From Octopus vulgaris (taxonomy: Eukaryota), in assembly GCA_951406725.2 (NCBI GenBank), contig OX597814.1, forward strand, positions 130,200,001 through 130,264,000: a DNA stretch of 64,000 nucleotides, read 5' to 3'. Below, one piece after another: positions 13,712-26,001 of this stretch. The notes under the pieces were generated by a model. That model did not search any database and was not told the origin of the DNA. It worked only from the letters and a program-made list of their open reading frames with translations. The position numbers were made by a program, and so were the translations under genes. Position 1 is the first letter of the stretch, and the number at the start of each line of letters is the position of its first letter.

Positions 13712-13783
13712 TCCCATGTGGTCTAGTGGTTAGGATTCCTGGCTTTCACCCAGGCGGTCCGGGTTCGATTCCCGGCATGGGAA
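13712..13783 (+). tRNA. tRNA-Glu-TTC: tRNA-Glu (anticodon TTC)
   Basis: 72 nt. Acceptor TCCCATG/CATGGGA plus discriminator A; anticodon arm CCTGG-CTTTCAC-CCAGG; T arm CCGGG-TTCGATT-CCCGG; A and B boxes intact; no encoded CCA. Confidence 0.96.
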
Positions 13784-13790
13784 CGTTTGG

Positions 13791-13971
13791 TAGGCGTAGG
13801 AGTGGCTGTGTGGTAAGTAGCTTGCTTACCAACCACATGGTTCCGGGTTCAGTCCCACTCCATGGCACTTTGGGCAAGTGTCTTCTACTATAGCCTCAGG
13901 CCGACCAAAGCCTTCTGAGTGGATTTGGTAGACGGAAACTGAAAGAGGCCCGTCGTATATATGTATATATG

Positions 13972-14003
<32 letters not shown>

Positions 14004-14240
14004 AGCGTGTTTGTGTTTGTGTGTCTGTGTTTGTCCCCCCAACATCGCTTGACAACCGATGCTGGTGTGTTTACGTCCCCGTAACTTAGCGGTTCGGCAA
14101 AAGAGATTGATAGAATAAGTATTAAGGCTTACAAAGAATAAGTCATAGGGTCGATTTGCTCGACTAAAGGCGGTGCTCCAGCATGACCGCAGTCAAATGA
14201 CTGAAACAAGTAAGAGAGTAGAAGAAATAAAAGAGTTAAA
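13791..14240 (+). mobile_element. tRNA-derived SINE family A (CORE-like), full length
   Basis: Head GGAGTGGCTGTGTGGTAAG (A box), GGTTCAGTCCC (B box), TTGGGCAAGT core, internal microsatellite, tail GACTGAAACAAGTAA..GAG. Confidence 0.9.
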
Positions 14241-14724
14241 AGACATTTTTATTTTCACTGGTTGCTCTTATCAATAAAATCTCAGTGAGTTTCCGCAGTG
14301 TCCTCCCCTCTATGCGAATGCGTATGTTGCAGAGTAAGGTCAGCTTGTTTGAATGCGAAACACATGTTCTATATACTTATCGTTTACAGTTTATCTTTTA
14401 ATTGCCTCTGTCACTGAGCTGTGGTCATGCTGGGGCAGTGCCTTGTAGAGTTTTCGTTAAACAAATCGACAACACTATTTTATTTTTTTAAGCCTAATAC
14501 CTATTTTCTTGGTTTCTGTTGCCGAACCATTAAGTTACAGAGATATAAACAAACCAACGCTGGTTATCAAGCGGTAGGGGAACAAATACAACCCAATCAC
14601 AAAGACACGCTCACAAACACACACAGACACACACGTACTCACTCTCTCGCTTTCTTTCTCTTTCTCTCTCTCTCTCTTTCTTTGTCTGTCTGTCTGTCTC
14701 TCTCTCTCTCACTTAATCTAATCC

Positions 14725-14935
14725 TTTCTAATACAAGCTAAAGCCTAAAATATTTTGTGGGGATACGGTGTATAGTCAATTAAGTGGATCCCAGCGGTCA
14801 TCAGGTACTGTTTTTATGGACCCCGAAAGAGTAAAAGGTAAAGTCGACCTCGGCGGAATTTGAAATCAGAAAGTAAAGCCGGAAGAAATGCCGCTAAGCA
14901 TTTTCTCCGACACGGTAACGATTCTGCCAGTTCCC
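14725..14935 (-). mobile_element. SINE family B (old)
   Basis: AAAGTCGACCTCGGCGGAATTTGAA..ATTCTGCCAG. Confidence 0.75.
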
Positions 14936-14970
14936 CAACTCCTCTCTCTCTCTATCTCTCTTTCCCTCTT

Positions 14971-15006
<36 letters not shown>

Positions 15007-15027
15007 TCTCTCCCTCTCTCTCTCTCT

Positions 15028-15106
<79 letters not shown>

Positions 15107-15312
15107 GTTAATCCAAACATGAACAAAGAGAATACAGAACAACGCAAGGGCGCGGAACAAGTATAGTGTTATTGGACGCTCTGGAAAGGAAAGAAAGAAG
15201 GAAGATTTAACGTTTCGAGCTCTTTGTCAGAAACATAGAAAAAGGAGAGGTCCAAGGAAGGGAAGACGAGAAAGAAAATCGCCAACGATACACACGCGGT
15301 CACATATTGAAA
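15107..15312 (-). mobile_element. pLTR-like repeat family D, decayed HHR (15205-15234)
   Basis: Homologous to 5746-5960; core CTGACAA with shortened stem II. Confidence 0.65.
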
Positions 15313-15380
15313 TGAAACGTGTATGTCACGCGTTTTCAATCCTATTATTCTTCTCTCTCTCTCTCTCGCTCTCTCTCTCT

Positions 15381-15498
<118 letters not shown>

Positions 15499-15709
15499 TT
15501 ATATATATGGGGATATAGATATTTATATAATAGTGATTGAAAACGTGCGACATACACGTTTGTGCATGAATATATATTGAAATGGGGAGAGAGAGGAGTT
15601 CTAAGTGCAAATTCGGCCGAGTTCGACTTGGACTTTCCTTTCGAGGTTGATGAATTATGTACCAGTCGATGTAATCGACTTACCCCTCCTCCGAAATTTG
15701 AAACTAATA

Positions 15710-16185
15710 TATACACAGTGACGATAAGCCAGTTACTGTAGTATTTGTCCTCAGGTATCATCTCTCATCGAATTGCTTCGTTTTAACAACACAATAATGT
15801 AATATAAATATCAGAGAAAGACGAAAGTTTTTCTCAGTAACAACCAGTGAGAGCACCGGATACATTTTGGCTTTTTTCGGGCCTTTTCGATTTTTGCGAG
15901 CATTTTGGGGCTTTTTGGAACCTTTTAGAGCCTGTTCAGGCTTTTGTGAGCCTTTTCGAGCATTTTCAACGAATCGTATTCGTATGGGAATTCATCGCCT
16001 CTGATGTAGGAAAAAACCCAAATAAAGCGTTCTAAAGCTGCGAATAACCGCCCAGGTGAATAAAAGTCCGAATTTTTGTCTCCCTCTGATACTTATTACC
16101 TTTTTTTTTTACACAGCACGTCCATAAGAAATATTATGTTAGAAGAAATACAGCAGTAACTGGACTATCTTCAATATGTATACAA
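15710..16185. mobile_element. Possible old TIR element
   Basis: CCAGTTACTG.TGTATTT-like ends in inverted orientation at ~15729 and ~16146; internal TTTTCG/GAGC short repeats. Confidence 0.4.
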
Positions 16186-16928
16186 TAAGTGTGTTACATA
16201 GCTGGCTATTTTAATTAATACTGTTTCACTTGCGTATACAGAGCATTTAAAACCTAGTTTTATATCATTTAATATGTGCCCAATGTCACTGTATAACAAG
16301 ATTATGCAATAACATCATTTATCGGTGCCTATCGATATTTTTTGAACATTTATATCCCTGTGCAACAATATAAAGCTGATGAGGCCCAATACAGCAGCAA
16401 CGTACGCAGTTATGTCCCTTAACTGCTTGTAAAAAGCGCAATGTTTGCTAACTACTAATAACCTTTCTTCTCATATCGACATTTAATACTACAGTAGTTG
16501 TATTTGATGCTCACAATACTGGAAATAATCAAGCCCTTTTATCTCTTTACTCACTTCCATTTACAGCCTGAGATCCAGTTCACTCGGGAACAATATTCAT
16601 TGTCACATTTCATGAAGATCGATTAAATAAGTCACATGTTGGTATGAACTGAGCTTTTTCTGAAATTACTGTACATGTACAATTGAAAGAAATCGATACA
16701 TTTATTTCAATAACTGATTGCCATCAGAATTAGAACATGCATATAACAACTGAGGATTTGGTGGGGAGGGTTTCAGTCATACCGTAGATGTTAACACGTG
16801 TGTGCAGTTATACACACAAACACACACACACGAACACATATATACACACCATACTCTATACGCACATGCATATACGTTTGTATGTATTTTTGTATGTCTG
16901 TATATATATTTATGTGAGTGTATGTGTT

Positions 16929-17087
16929 GTAGGAGTGGCTGTGTGGTAAGTAGCTTGCTTACGAACCACATGGTTCCGGGTTCAGTCCCACTGCGTGGCA
17001 CCTTGGGCAAGTATCTTCTACTATAGCCTCGGGCCGACCAAAGCCTTGTGAGAGGATTTCGCAGACGGAAACTGAAAGAAGCCCGTC

Positions 17088-17131
<44 letters not shown>

Positions 17132-17449
17132 TTGGAGGCGTATATGTACGCGTGTATGTGGGTGTATGTATCCATGATGATATGTATGTACCAGAAGTCC
17201 ATTTAATTCAAGGAACCAGATTAAATGCTCATCAGCTCTGATTTACAACGCATTAAGTCCCCAGACGAAACTGTTGATTTACTGTTGATTTACTGACAAT
17301 TCTACAACTAAATTTTATCAAACTCCTGACCACCATGCTTGGTCCGTAACCTCTATACATCCCTTATCTTTACATTCTTTTACACTTTTATCATGGTTTT
17401 ATCAGATTTTTTATCAGATTTTATCAGATTTTATATATATATATATACA

Positions 17450-17514
<65 letters not shown>

Positions 17515-17740
17515 GTGTGTGTATATGCTTGTGCGTCTGTGTTTGTTCCCGTAACATCGCTTGACAACCGATGCTGTTGTGTTTATGTCCCCGCAACTTA
17601 GCGGTTCGGCAAAAGAGATCGATAGAATGAGTACTAGGCTTACAAAGGATAAGTCCTGGACTCGATTTTCTCGACTAAAAGCGGTGCTCCAGCATGGCAA
17701 CAGTCAAATGCCTGAAACAAGTAAAAGAATAAAGGAATAC
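16929..17740 (+). mobile_element. SINE family A, interrupted by PLE fragment
   Basis: 5' half 16929-17090, 3' half ~17515-17740. Confidence 0.88.
17127..17432 (+). repeat. Fragment of the same PLE 3' UTR inserted in the internal (TA)n of a SINE
   Basis: Matches ~22912-23187 directly and 19961-20267 in inverted orientation; splits the SINE at 16929-17740. Confidence 0.85.
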
Positions 17741-18195
17741 AAGAATATGTATATATATGTGTGTGTGTGTATGTATGTATGTGCGTGTGTGTGCGTGTGT
17801 ATGCACACACAAAATACACAGGTAATCTATATTATTGAACATAACGTTGATTGCTTCAGATAAATCAATCCATTTTGGTTAACAGCTGTGAAAGCCAGGT
17901 ATAAACTATACAAGAGAGATATGGTAGCTCTGCATTTATTGCAAAACACAACTACATGTGAGTGAGTGCCAATGAATATTTGCAGCACGCTAATAAATTT
18001 ATAGCATGCAAAATAATTAAAGTTTGTTTCCATTGCAATAATCAATCGAGTGCTACAAGGTTTGTTATGCTACAAGGTTTGTTTTTTAATTTATTCGAGG
18101 CTGAAACTTAAATCTGCATCAGCATTTGTTTTAAAGCTTCCGTTTCCGTTTCTTTTGTTTGTCGCTGTCGAGAACGAAAATGAGAAGCGCAGAGT

Positions 18196-18271
<76 letters not shown>

Positions 18272-18491
18272 CTCGTTTTCTGCTTTCAGGTCATGAGTAA
18301 CTCTACAAACATAGAATGAACAGTTTTCTTCTAACTGTAAATTTAGACGCATACATGCATGCATGCATCCATCCATCCATCCATCCACGCATGCATGCAC
18401 GCACACACACACACACACATATACACGCACATACATACATGCATACACAAACACAGATATGCATATATGTTATATATATTATTTATAGTGG

Positions 18492-18715
18492 TGGAGGCGC
18501 GTGGCTTATTGGTTAGGGCGTCATCAGCACCATGATCGATCCCTGGACCGGGCGACGCGTTGTGTTCTTGAGCAAAACACTTCGTTTCACGTTGCTCCAG
18601 TCCACTCAGCTGGCAAAAATGAGTAACGCTGCGATGGACTGGCATCCCGTCCAGCTGGGGAGCACATACGGGAAACGGGGTCCATGAGGCTGGTTTAGGC
18701 TTTAAAAAGGGCGCA
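18492..18715 (+). mobile_element. SINE family C relative
   Basis: GGAGGCGCGTGGC head, TTGAGCAAAACACTT, GTAACGCTGCGATGGACTGGC. Confidence 0.78.
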
Positions 18716-18772
18716 ATTTGAAAACAATTTTGTATATTATTTATATATCTTGGATACATACACACACACACG

Positions 18773-18822
<50 letters not shown>

Positions 18823-18826
<4 letters not shown>

Positions 18827-19714
18827 GTCATCCCATAAATAATGCTGCTTTTTCAATTGCATGAACTAAAAGACGGAGGGGGATGGGATAAACTAACTGC
18901 ATCAACTTGCTATAAAAGCAGGTAGTTTTGAAGAGTGCAGTTCGATTTTAAGTTATTTTTTCAAAGCTATAATGGAAGTGACAGAAAAGCATATTCGGCA
19001 TATTTTGCTTTATGAGTTCAATAAAGGCAACAACGCACCGGCAAGTGCAAGGAATATTAATGTAGTATATGGGGATCGGACAATAAGCGTAAGCCAGTGT
19101 CAACGGTGGTTCCAGAACTTCCGAGCCGGAAACTACAGCCTAGAAGACGAGACTCAACCTGGAAAATCTGTAGAGCACGACGAGAACGTCCTGCAAACTC
19201 TGGTGGAAAAAAATCCCATTGTAACTGTTGGGGAACTAACAGAGAAGCTTGGATTTGGTATTTCAACCAGTCACTCAGGTCAGCGCTAGAAGAAAAATTA
19301 CAATCTTTGGTTTCAAGACAAAAGGTGTTCTTCCATCAGTGTAATGCGCGGCCACATACAGCGAGGATGATATTCCAAAGGGTGGCGCAGTTTGAATGGG
19401 AAATGATGCCCTAAGTAGGATATTCGCTGGATATTACCCCAATCTGGTTATCATTTATTTCGCAGTTTTCAAAATCATTTGGACGAAAAAGGTATGAATT
19501 CTGTAGACGAGGTCAGAACAGTAGTGGAAGAGTATTTTTCGTCACGAACAAGTATTATTTGGAAGAGGAGACTTGTACGTCTACGAGATAGCTGAAGATC
19601 ATTGCAGAAAGTGAAAGAGAGTATATTTTAGATTAAAAAAGAACTTTGTTTATCTAAATTTTGAAAAATGAAAGAAGTATAAAAAAAAACCGTATTATTT
19701 ATAGGATGAACCAA
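18823..19714 (+). mobile_element. Internally deleted mariner transposon
   Basis: Imperfect TIRs TTGGGTCATCCCATAAATAATGC / GTATTATTTATAGGATGAACCAA with TA flanks. N-terminal HTH (HIRHILLYEFNKG..CQRWFQNFRAGNYSLED) joined to FHQCNARPHTA and YHLFRS remnants. Confidence 0.93.
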
Positions 19715-19725
19715 TATATATACAT

Positions 19726-19756
<31 letters not shown>

Positions 19757-19782
19757 AGATATATAAATAAATAATATACATA

Positions 19783-19873
<91 letters not shown>

Positions 19874-19878
19874 ATCTC

Positions 19879-19912
<34 letters not shown>

Positions 19913-21000
19913 ACTTTCTCTCTCTCTCTCTCTCTCTGTATATATATATATATATATATATAAAATCTGATAAAATCTGATAAAAAATCTGATAAAACCA
20001 TGATAAAAGTGTAAAAGAATGTAAAGATAAGGGATGTATAGAGGTTACGGACCAAGCATGGTGGTCAGGAGTTTGATAAAATTTAGTTGTAGAATTGTCA
20101 GTAAATCAACAGTAAATCAACAGTTTCGTCTGGGGACTTAATGCGTTGTAAATCAGAGCTGATGAGCATTTAATCTGGTTCCTTGAATTAAATGGACTTC
20201 TGGTACATACATATCATCATGGATACATACACCCACATACACGCGTACATATACGCCTCCAAGCATATAAGCATACACACGCACTCGTGTTTAAACACGT
20301 CCATAACACACACGCACCCACACGCACGCGCGTACACACACATACATACAACAGAATATCCGCATATATACACGGACATTACGCGCGTACACGCTCACAT
20401 GTATATACGCGCGCCCATCACTACATACACACACGTATATGCCCACGCCTCTAGGTCCGGGTATAAGATATTAAAGGATGTGTATAAGAACGTAAGTAAA
20501 GGATCCCGTACTCATGTCAATACGCGCACGCACACACGGCTGTGTGTCCGTATGTGCGTGCACATATACACCCATACACACACACACAGAGACACACGCG
20601 CACATGGGTATAGCTATAAGATATCGAAGTATGCATGTACACATATGCGCGTGTATATGTATGTATGCGTGTACACACGTACGCGGACGCTCGTATATTC
20701 AAAAGATGGATCCATAGGTAAGTAAATAAACATATATAGAGGTGTAAAGCGATAAGTTAGGGGTAAGAATGAGGGTAAGGGTAAAGATTAGAAATAAAAA
20801 ATACAGTATAAAATAAGAAATACAATGTAATAGTTAGAAATGAAGGTATAAGAATTATAAAAATTATAAGAGTTAAGGTAAGGGATGAAAATGAAAATGA
20901 GAATAAGTGGAAGTAGAATAAAAGTAAAAATAAAATTAAAAATAAAAATAAATGGAAGTAGGATAAAAGTAAAAATAAACGTAAAACTAGAACAGCTAGA

Positions 21001-21663
21001 TCAAGAACAGCTAGATCAAGAGCAAACCATAGCGACCAACAGAACCCCCCTCATCTAGACAGTAGACAATATAACCATACTGACAGCCATACTACCCAAA
21101 CAGTTAGTAATAACACCCGCCAACACAACAGAGGAAATACTACACCCATCAACAACCAGGAGGATACCAACGCCCCCACTCGTATTGCAACACCTCCGCC
21201 TGGGATTAGCAGCACACGACCGAATAATGCAATGCAATGCAACTGCAGATGTGCATCAGAGTGCCCGCTGCAGGGCGCATGTAGGGCGAAAAACGTAATA
21301 TACTCATGTGAGGTGAGTACTCAGTTTAACACACTCACCTATATTGGTTGCTCAACCTCCTGGAAATCCAGATACTACAACCACCGGTCCTCGCTGAGAC
21401 ACAGACATAAGGCTAACAGCACCTCCCTCTCTAAAAGAATTTGGGAATTAAAAGACAAATGCATAGGCTTCAAACTCAGATGGTCCATCATCGGATCAGC
21501 TGCACCTTATTTAAATAATAGAGCAGGATGCCAACTATGCTGTGTAGAACTCCTGAACATCTTGAAATTCAAAGACAAACACAATCTTATTAACAAAAGG
21601 TCAGAGTTCAAACCATCCTGTATACATAAACTTATTAATACTTTCAAATACTACAATGCTTAG
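21001..21663 (+). pseudogene. C-terminal fragment of PLE ORF: low-complexity linker, CxCx5Cx5C motif, GIY-YIG endonuclease (probably Naiad-type)
   Basis: Frame is open upstream of the listed 21232 start. CNCRCASECPLQGAC, NVIY..YIG, KSRYYNH, LSKRIWELKD, CQLC..E, LINKRSE. RT missing. Confidence 0.88.
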
Positions 21664-21827
21664 GTCTTATACCAACTCCCCCATGCAATTTCCTCCCACC
21701 CGGTGCAACCTGTCGGCTCCAGCACACCCCGCTTTCCTATATGTGCGTGTGTATGTGTGTGTGTGTGTGTGTGCGTATGTATGCGCACATACGTGTACGT
21801 ATGTGTACATATACATATATATACACA

Positions 21828-21867
<40 letters not shown>

Positions 21868-23593
21868 TGTGTATGTGCATATACGGTTCCCTGTATTTTC
21901 CCCCTATATATACAAATTTTGTCTCCCATATATGACTTCTTTTCCCTAAATATTTCTTCTCCTACACCCATATCCTCCCTATGTAGTCTCTTTAATTCCC
22001 TATATCTATACCCTTTCACATTTCTAACTCAGATGTTGAACGCACACCGCCAAACTCCACTTCCCACCCTTCCAATTTTCAGTTCCCCCCGCCCGCCCCT
22101 ACGTTTAACACACACCTCTAACTTTCAACCACCTCCATCTCATGTTAAACCTTACAAAATTATATTTTTATCTTATTTTATTTTATTTTTAGTTTTACTT
22201 TTATTTTTACTTTTATCCTACTTGCATTTATTTTTATTTTTAATTTTATTTTTACTTTTATTCTACTTCCATTTATTCTCATTTTCATTTTCATCCCTTA
22301 CCTTAACTCTTATAATTTTTATAATTCTTATACCTCATTTCTAACTATTACATTGTATTTCTTATTTTATACTGTATTTTTTATTTCTAATCTTTACCCT
22401 TACCCTCATTCTTACCCCTAACTTATCGCTTTACACCTCTATATATGTTTATTTACTTACCTATGGATCCATCTTTTGAATATACGAGCGTCCGCGTACG
22501 TGTGTACACGCATACATACATATACACGCGCATATGTGTACATGCATACTTCGATATCTTATAGCTATACCCATGTGCGCGTGTGTCTCTGTGTGTGTGT
22601 GTATGGGTGTATATGTGCACGCACATACGGACACACAGCCGTGTGTGCGTGCGCGTATTGACATGAGTACGGGATCCTTTACTTACGTTCTTATACACAT
22701 CCTTTAATATCTTATACCCGGACCTAGAGGCGTGGGCATATACGTGTGTGTATGTAGTGATGGGCGCGCGTATATACATGTGAGCGTGTACGCGCGTAAT
22801 GTCCGTGTATATATGCGGATATTCTGTTGTATGTATGTGTGTGTACGCGCGTGCGTGTGGGTGCGTGTGTGTTTATGGACGTGTTTAAACACGAGTGCGT
22901 GTGTATGCTTATATGCTTGGAGGCGTATATGTACGCGTGTATGTGGGTGTATGTATCCATGATGATATGTATGTACCAGAAGTCCATTTAATTCAAGGAA
23001 CCAGATTAAATGCTCATCAGCTCTGATTTACAACGCATTAAGTCCCCAGACGAAACTGTTGATTTACTGACAATTCTACAACTAAATTTTATCAAACTCC
23101 TGACCACCATGCTTGGTCCGTAACCTCTATACATCCCTTATCTTTACATTCTTTTACACTTTTATCATGGTTTTATCAGATTTTTTTACTTTTATTTCTA
23201 TTTATTTTTATTTTTATTTCTATTTCTATTTTTACTTTATAACCTTATGCCTTTACATTTATTTACATTTCTTTATATTTCTTTATACCCCCTTTACATC
23301 TCCTTACAACTCTTTATCCTCTACATTTTTATATTATTCTATACTTACACTTTTTATACATTTTTTATCCCTCGTCCTGAACTCTCGCCCCTCCATCTTC
23401 ACCTCTATATATGTATTTATTTATTTACATTACCTCAACATCCAATTTTCCTCATTCTACATTGAGAGAAGAAAGAGATGGACGCTTCAATTCTATGCTG
23501 CTGCCGCATTATGTCGTACGTGGATGAGAGGATTTGCATCCCCAACCAAGAATTTTTGATGTAACACATGTCCTTGCGGAAGCTGTTGTGCGC

Positions 23594-23667
23594 GGCTGAA
23601 GAAGGCCACAGACATACATTATGCATTGTTATAAATCTGTCTAATAAAGGCCCGAAACATATGTACC
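23594..23667 (+). ncRNA. Type I hammerhead ribozyme in PLE pseudo-LTR
   Basis: GG-CTGAAGA-A-GGCC...GGCC-C-GAAA-CATATGT-A-CC. Palindromic stem III (ACATATGT) and GUA site; stem I short. Confidence 0.7.
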
Positions 23668-23707
23668 TCTGAATCCTTCGCATCATGTTTTTATTTTATT
23701 TTGATCA

Positions 23708-23754
<47 letters not shown>

Positions 23755-23755
23755 T

Positions 23756-23944
23756 ATAGAGTGGTTGTAATCTAGATGCAGGCCTAGCCGTTGCGGGTGC
23801 TTGCCTCCCCTTCGTAAATATATAAGGACACAGGAAATGTGTCAAGGCCGACAGAAAGCGTCGATGCTTCCTAGGGCTAAACAGCGGTGGTGTAATTCCC
23901 TTACAGGACTGTCACGTTAAGTTGACAGTATACAACCACTCTAT
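23756..23944. mobile_element. Small MITE-like element
   Basis: 14-bp TIR ATAGAGTGGTTGTA / TACAACCACTCTAT. Confidence 0.55.
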
Positions 23945-24019
23945 CGCTCCACCACCGTACATATCTCTATGAGATATTTAGAAACTTAATATTTATGATT
24001 ATATAAGTATATATATATG

Positions 24020-24130
<111 letters not shown>

Positions 24131-24894
24131 CATTTATATATTACTCTTTTTATGTCAGCTTTTTGTTTCAGGAGACTTGCATGAGTAACAGGCTTGCTGC
24201 CTGCAGCCTGTAGTATCATACGATCTATTCTTTTCAACTATCTAATACATTCTTGAATATTCTGGCCGTGACAAGCCTTTTGTAACAGACGCATATTTAT
24301 AAGTATATTTTATATGCGTGCGAATGCTGATGTAATATCTTTTATAAAAGTAATAAAATTATGAAACAAGCGTAAGCGAATTAAACATACTTCTATTCTC
24401 TCACCTACGTTTACTCTGTCACCTCACATTATTTATGAGTTCCATTCATATACGTTCTTTCCACCTTTGAATATTCTCGATCTTCAGAACGGCGAAGGTG
24501 AATCCTAACCTCAACCACTGACATTCTTGTTAGCCATTCCTTTGTCTCATACCTTTGGCTCGAATTTTCGAATCCGTGAGCTAGTAATACAAACTAAAAA
24601 GAGACAACAGAAAACGGAAAAATACGTGAAAATCGAGAAGGTAAATGTAATATATTTATATATATATTTATATATATATGTTGTAATAAAAGTAGGAAGA
24701 AAATTTAGATTATCCCCATGTGGAGAATTGTAATGCATATATATAAACGAAGGAAAATGCACACAGTTTATATAGTTTTAATATATTTTAAATGAAAGAG
24801 TATTGTGGTTGTCAACCAGTTTCGCTTTTGCTAACCATGAGATTGAAATTGTTGTGATTTCCTATTTCACACACGCACATGCACACATTCCTTT

Positions 24895-25250
24895 ATTTGT
24901 TTGTCATTTGACTGCGGTCATGTTAGAGTACAGCCTTAAAGGGGATTTTTAGTTGAAAAAAGTCTACCCCAGGACTTATTCTTAGTAAGCCTAGTACTGA
25001 TTTTATCGGGCTCTGCCAAACCGCTAATTTACGGTAACGTAAGCACACAAACATCGGTTGTCAAGCGATGGTGGGGTGACAAACACAGACACACACGTTA
25101 TATATATATTTCCGTATACCAAAAATCCACTTACAAGGCTTTGGCCAGCTGGCAGCTATAATAGAATACACTTGCCCAAGTTGCTACGCAGTAGGACTGA
25201 AACCGTGTCGTCGGTAAGCATGCGCCTTATCACACAGCCATACCTATACA
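24895..25250 (-). mobile_element. SINE family A (diverged)
   Basis: GTCATTTGACTGCGG..CCCAGGACTTATTC..CACTTGCCCAAG. Confidence 0.8.
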
Positions 25251-25952
25251 TAAATAGTTATAGAACACACACACACACACACACACTCACACACACACAT
25301 ACACACATACACATACATATATATATGCACATGATGCATATGTATACATATATATATATATTACATACTGATGCAGTTATATATATATTATGCTATTGCA
25401 AATATAACCTGTCAATAAATTCAAGTGGAATATTAAGTTTATTTTCACAAGAAAAAAATAATTTTTTTTTTTAAATGGTTGACATTTACTTCGAAGATTG
25501 GCCTATCATTTCTTTGTCAATCTGTTTCATGACACCACGATCGGTGAAAACTGGAAGACGCTGTCAAACACTGCCTTGCAAATTTGTAAAAATGAATAGC
25601 CCCATTCTCTCTCTCTTCCTGCCTTTCCCTCTCACTCTTTTCTACACACACTCAAACACACAGATACGCACATACACACACAGACACACACACAGACACA
25701 CAGACAGACAGACACACACACATCACGCTTCATACACAGTACACATACGCACATACACATACATTTATAAGCCGATGATTGCGTTCTTCGTTACGAAGTA
25801 CTTCTTGCTCGATTTGATCTTCCGGACAATAAGAGAAGCGAGTAGTGTCCGAATAAATCAACACCTTCCTACAAGTAAATATATTCTATAAAATCTATTG
25901 TGTACCCCTCCCGTTGTTAAAGGTGTTCGTTCGTGTATGCATGTTTGCATTA

Positions 25953-26001
<49 letters not shown>

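Larger units (their letters stand above)
19961..23712 (+). mobile_element. 5'-truncated Penelope-like element with ~1-kb inverted 3'-UTR copy at its 5' end
   Basis: GIY-YIG ORF, long low-complexity 3' UTR and HHR at 23594-23667. 19980-20989 is a near-identical inverted copy of ~22190-23187. (TA)n on both flanks. Confidence 0.88.

Noticed and set aside
13645-13893. 82-aa ORF
   Set aside because: Chance frame across the tRNA gene and SINE head.
16376-16410. CTGATGAGGCC..GCAACGTACG hammerhead-like string
   Set aside because: GAAA, stem II and stem I are broken; at most a dead relic.
16567-16641. Strong acceptor and donor pair
   Set aside because: All three frames contain stops.
20104-20200. 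CTGATGA plus hairpin, and opposite-strand CAGACGAAAC, in the triplicated PLE segment
   Set aside because: Core halves are on opposite strands and no complete three-stem junction can be built.
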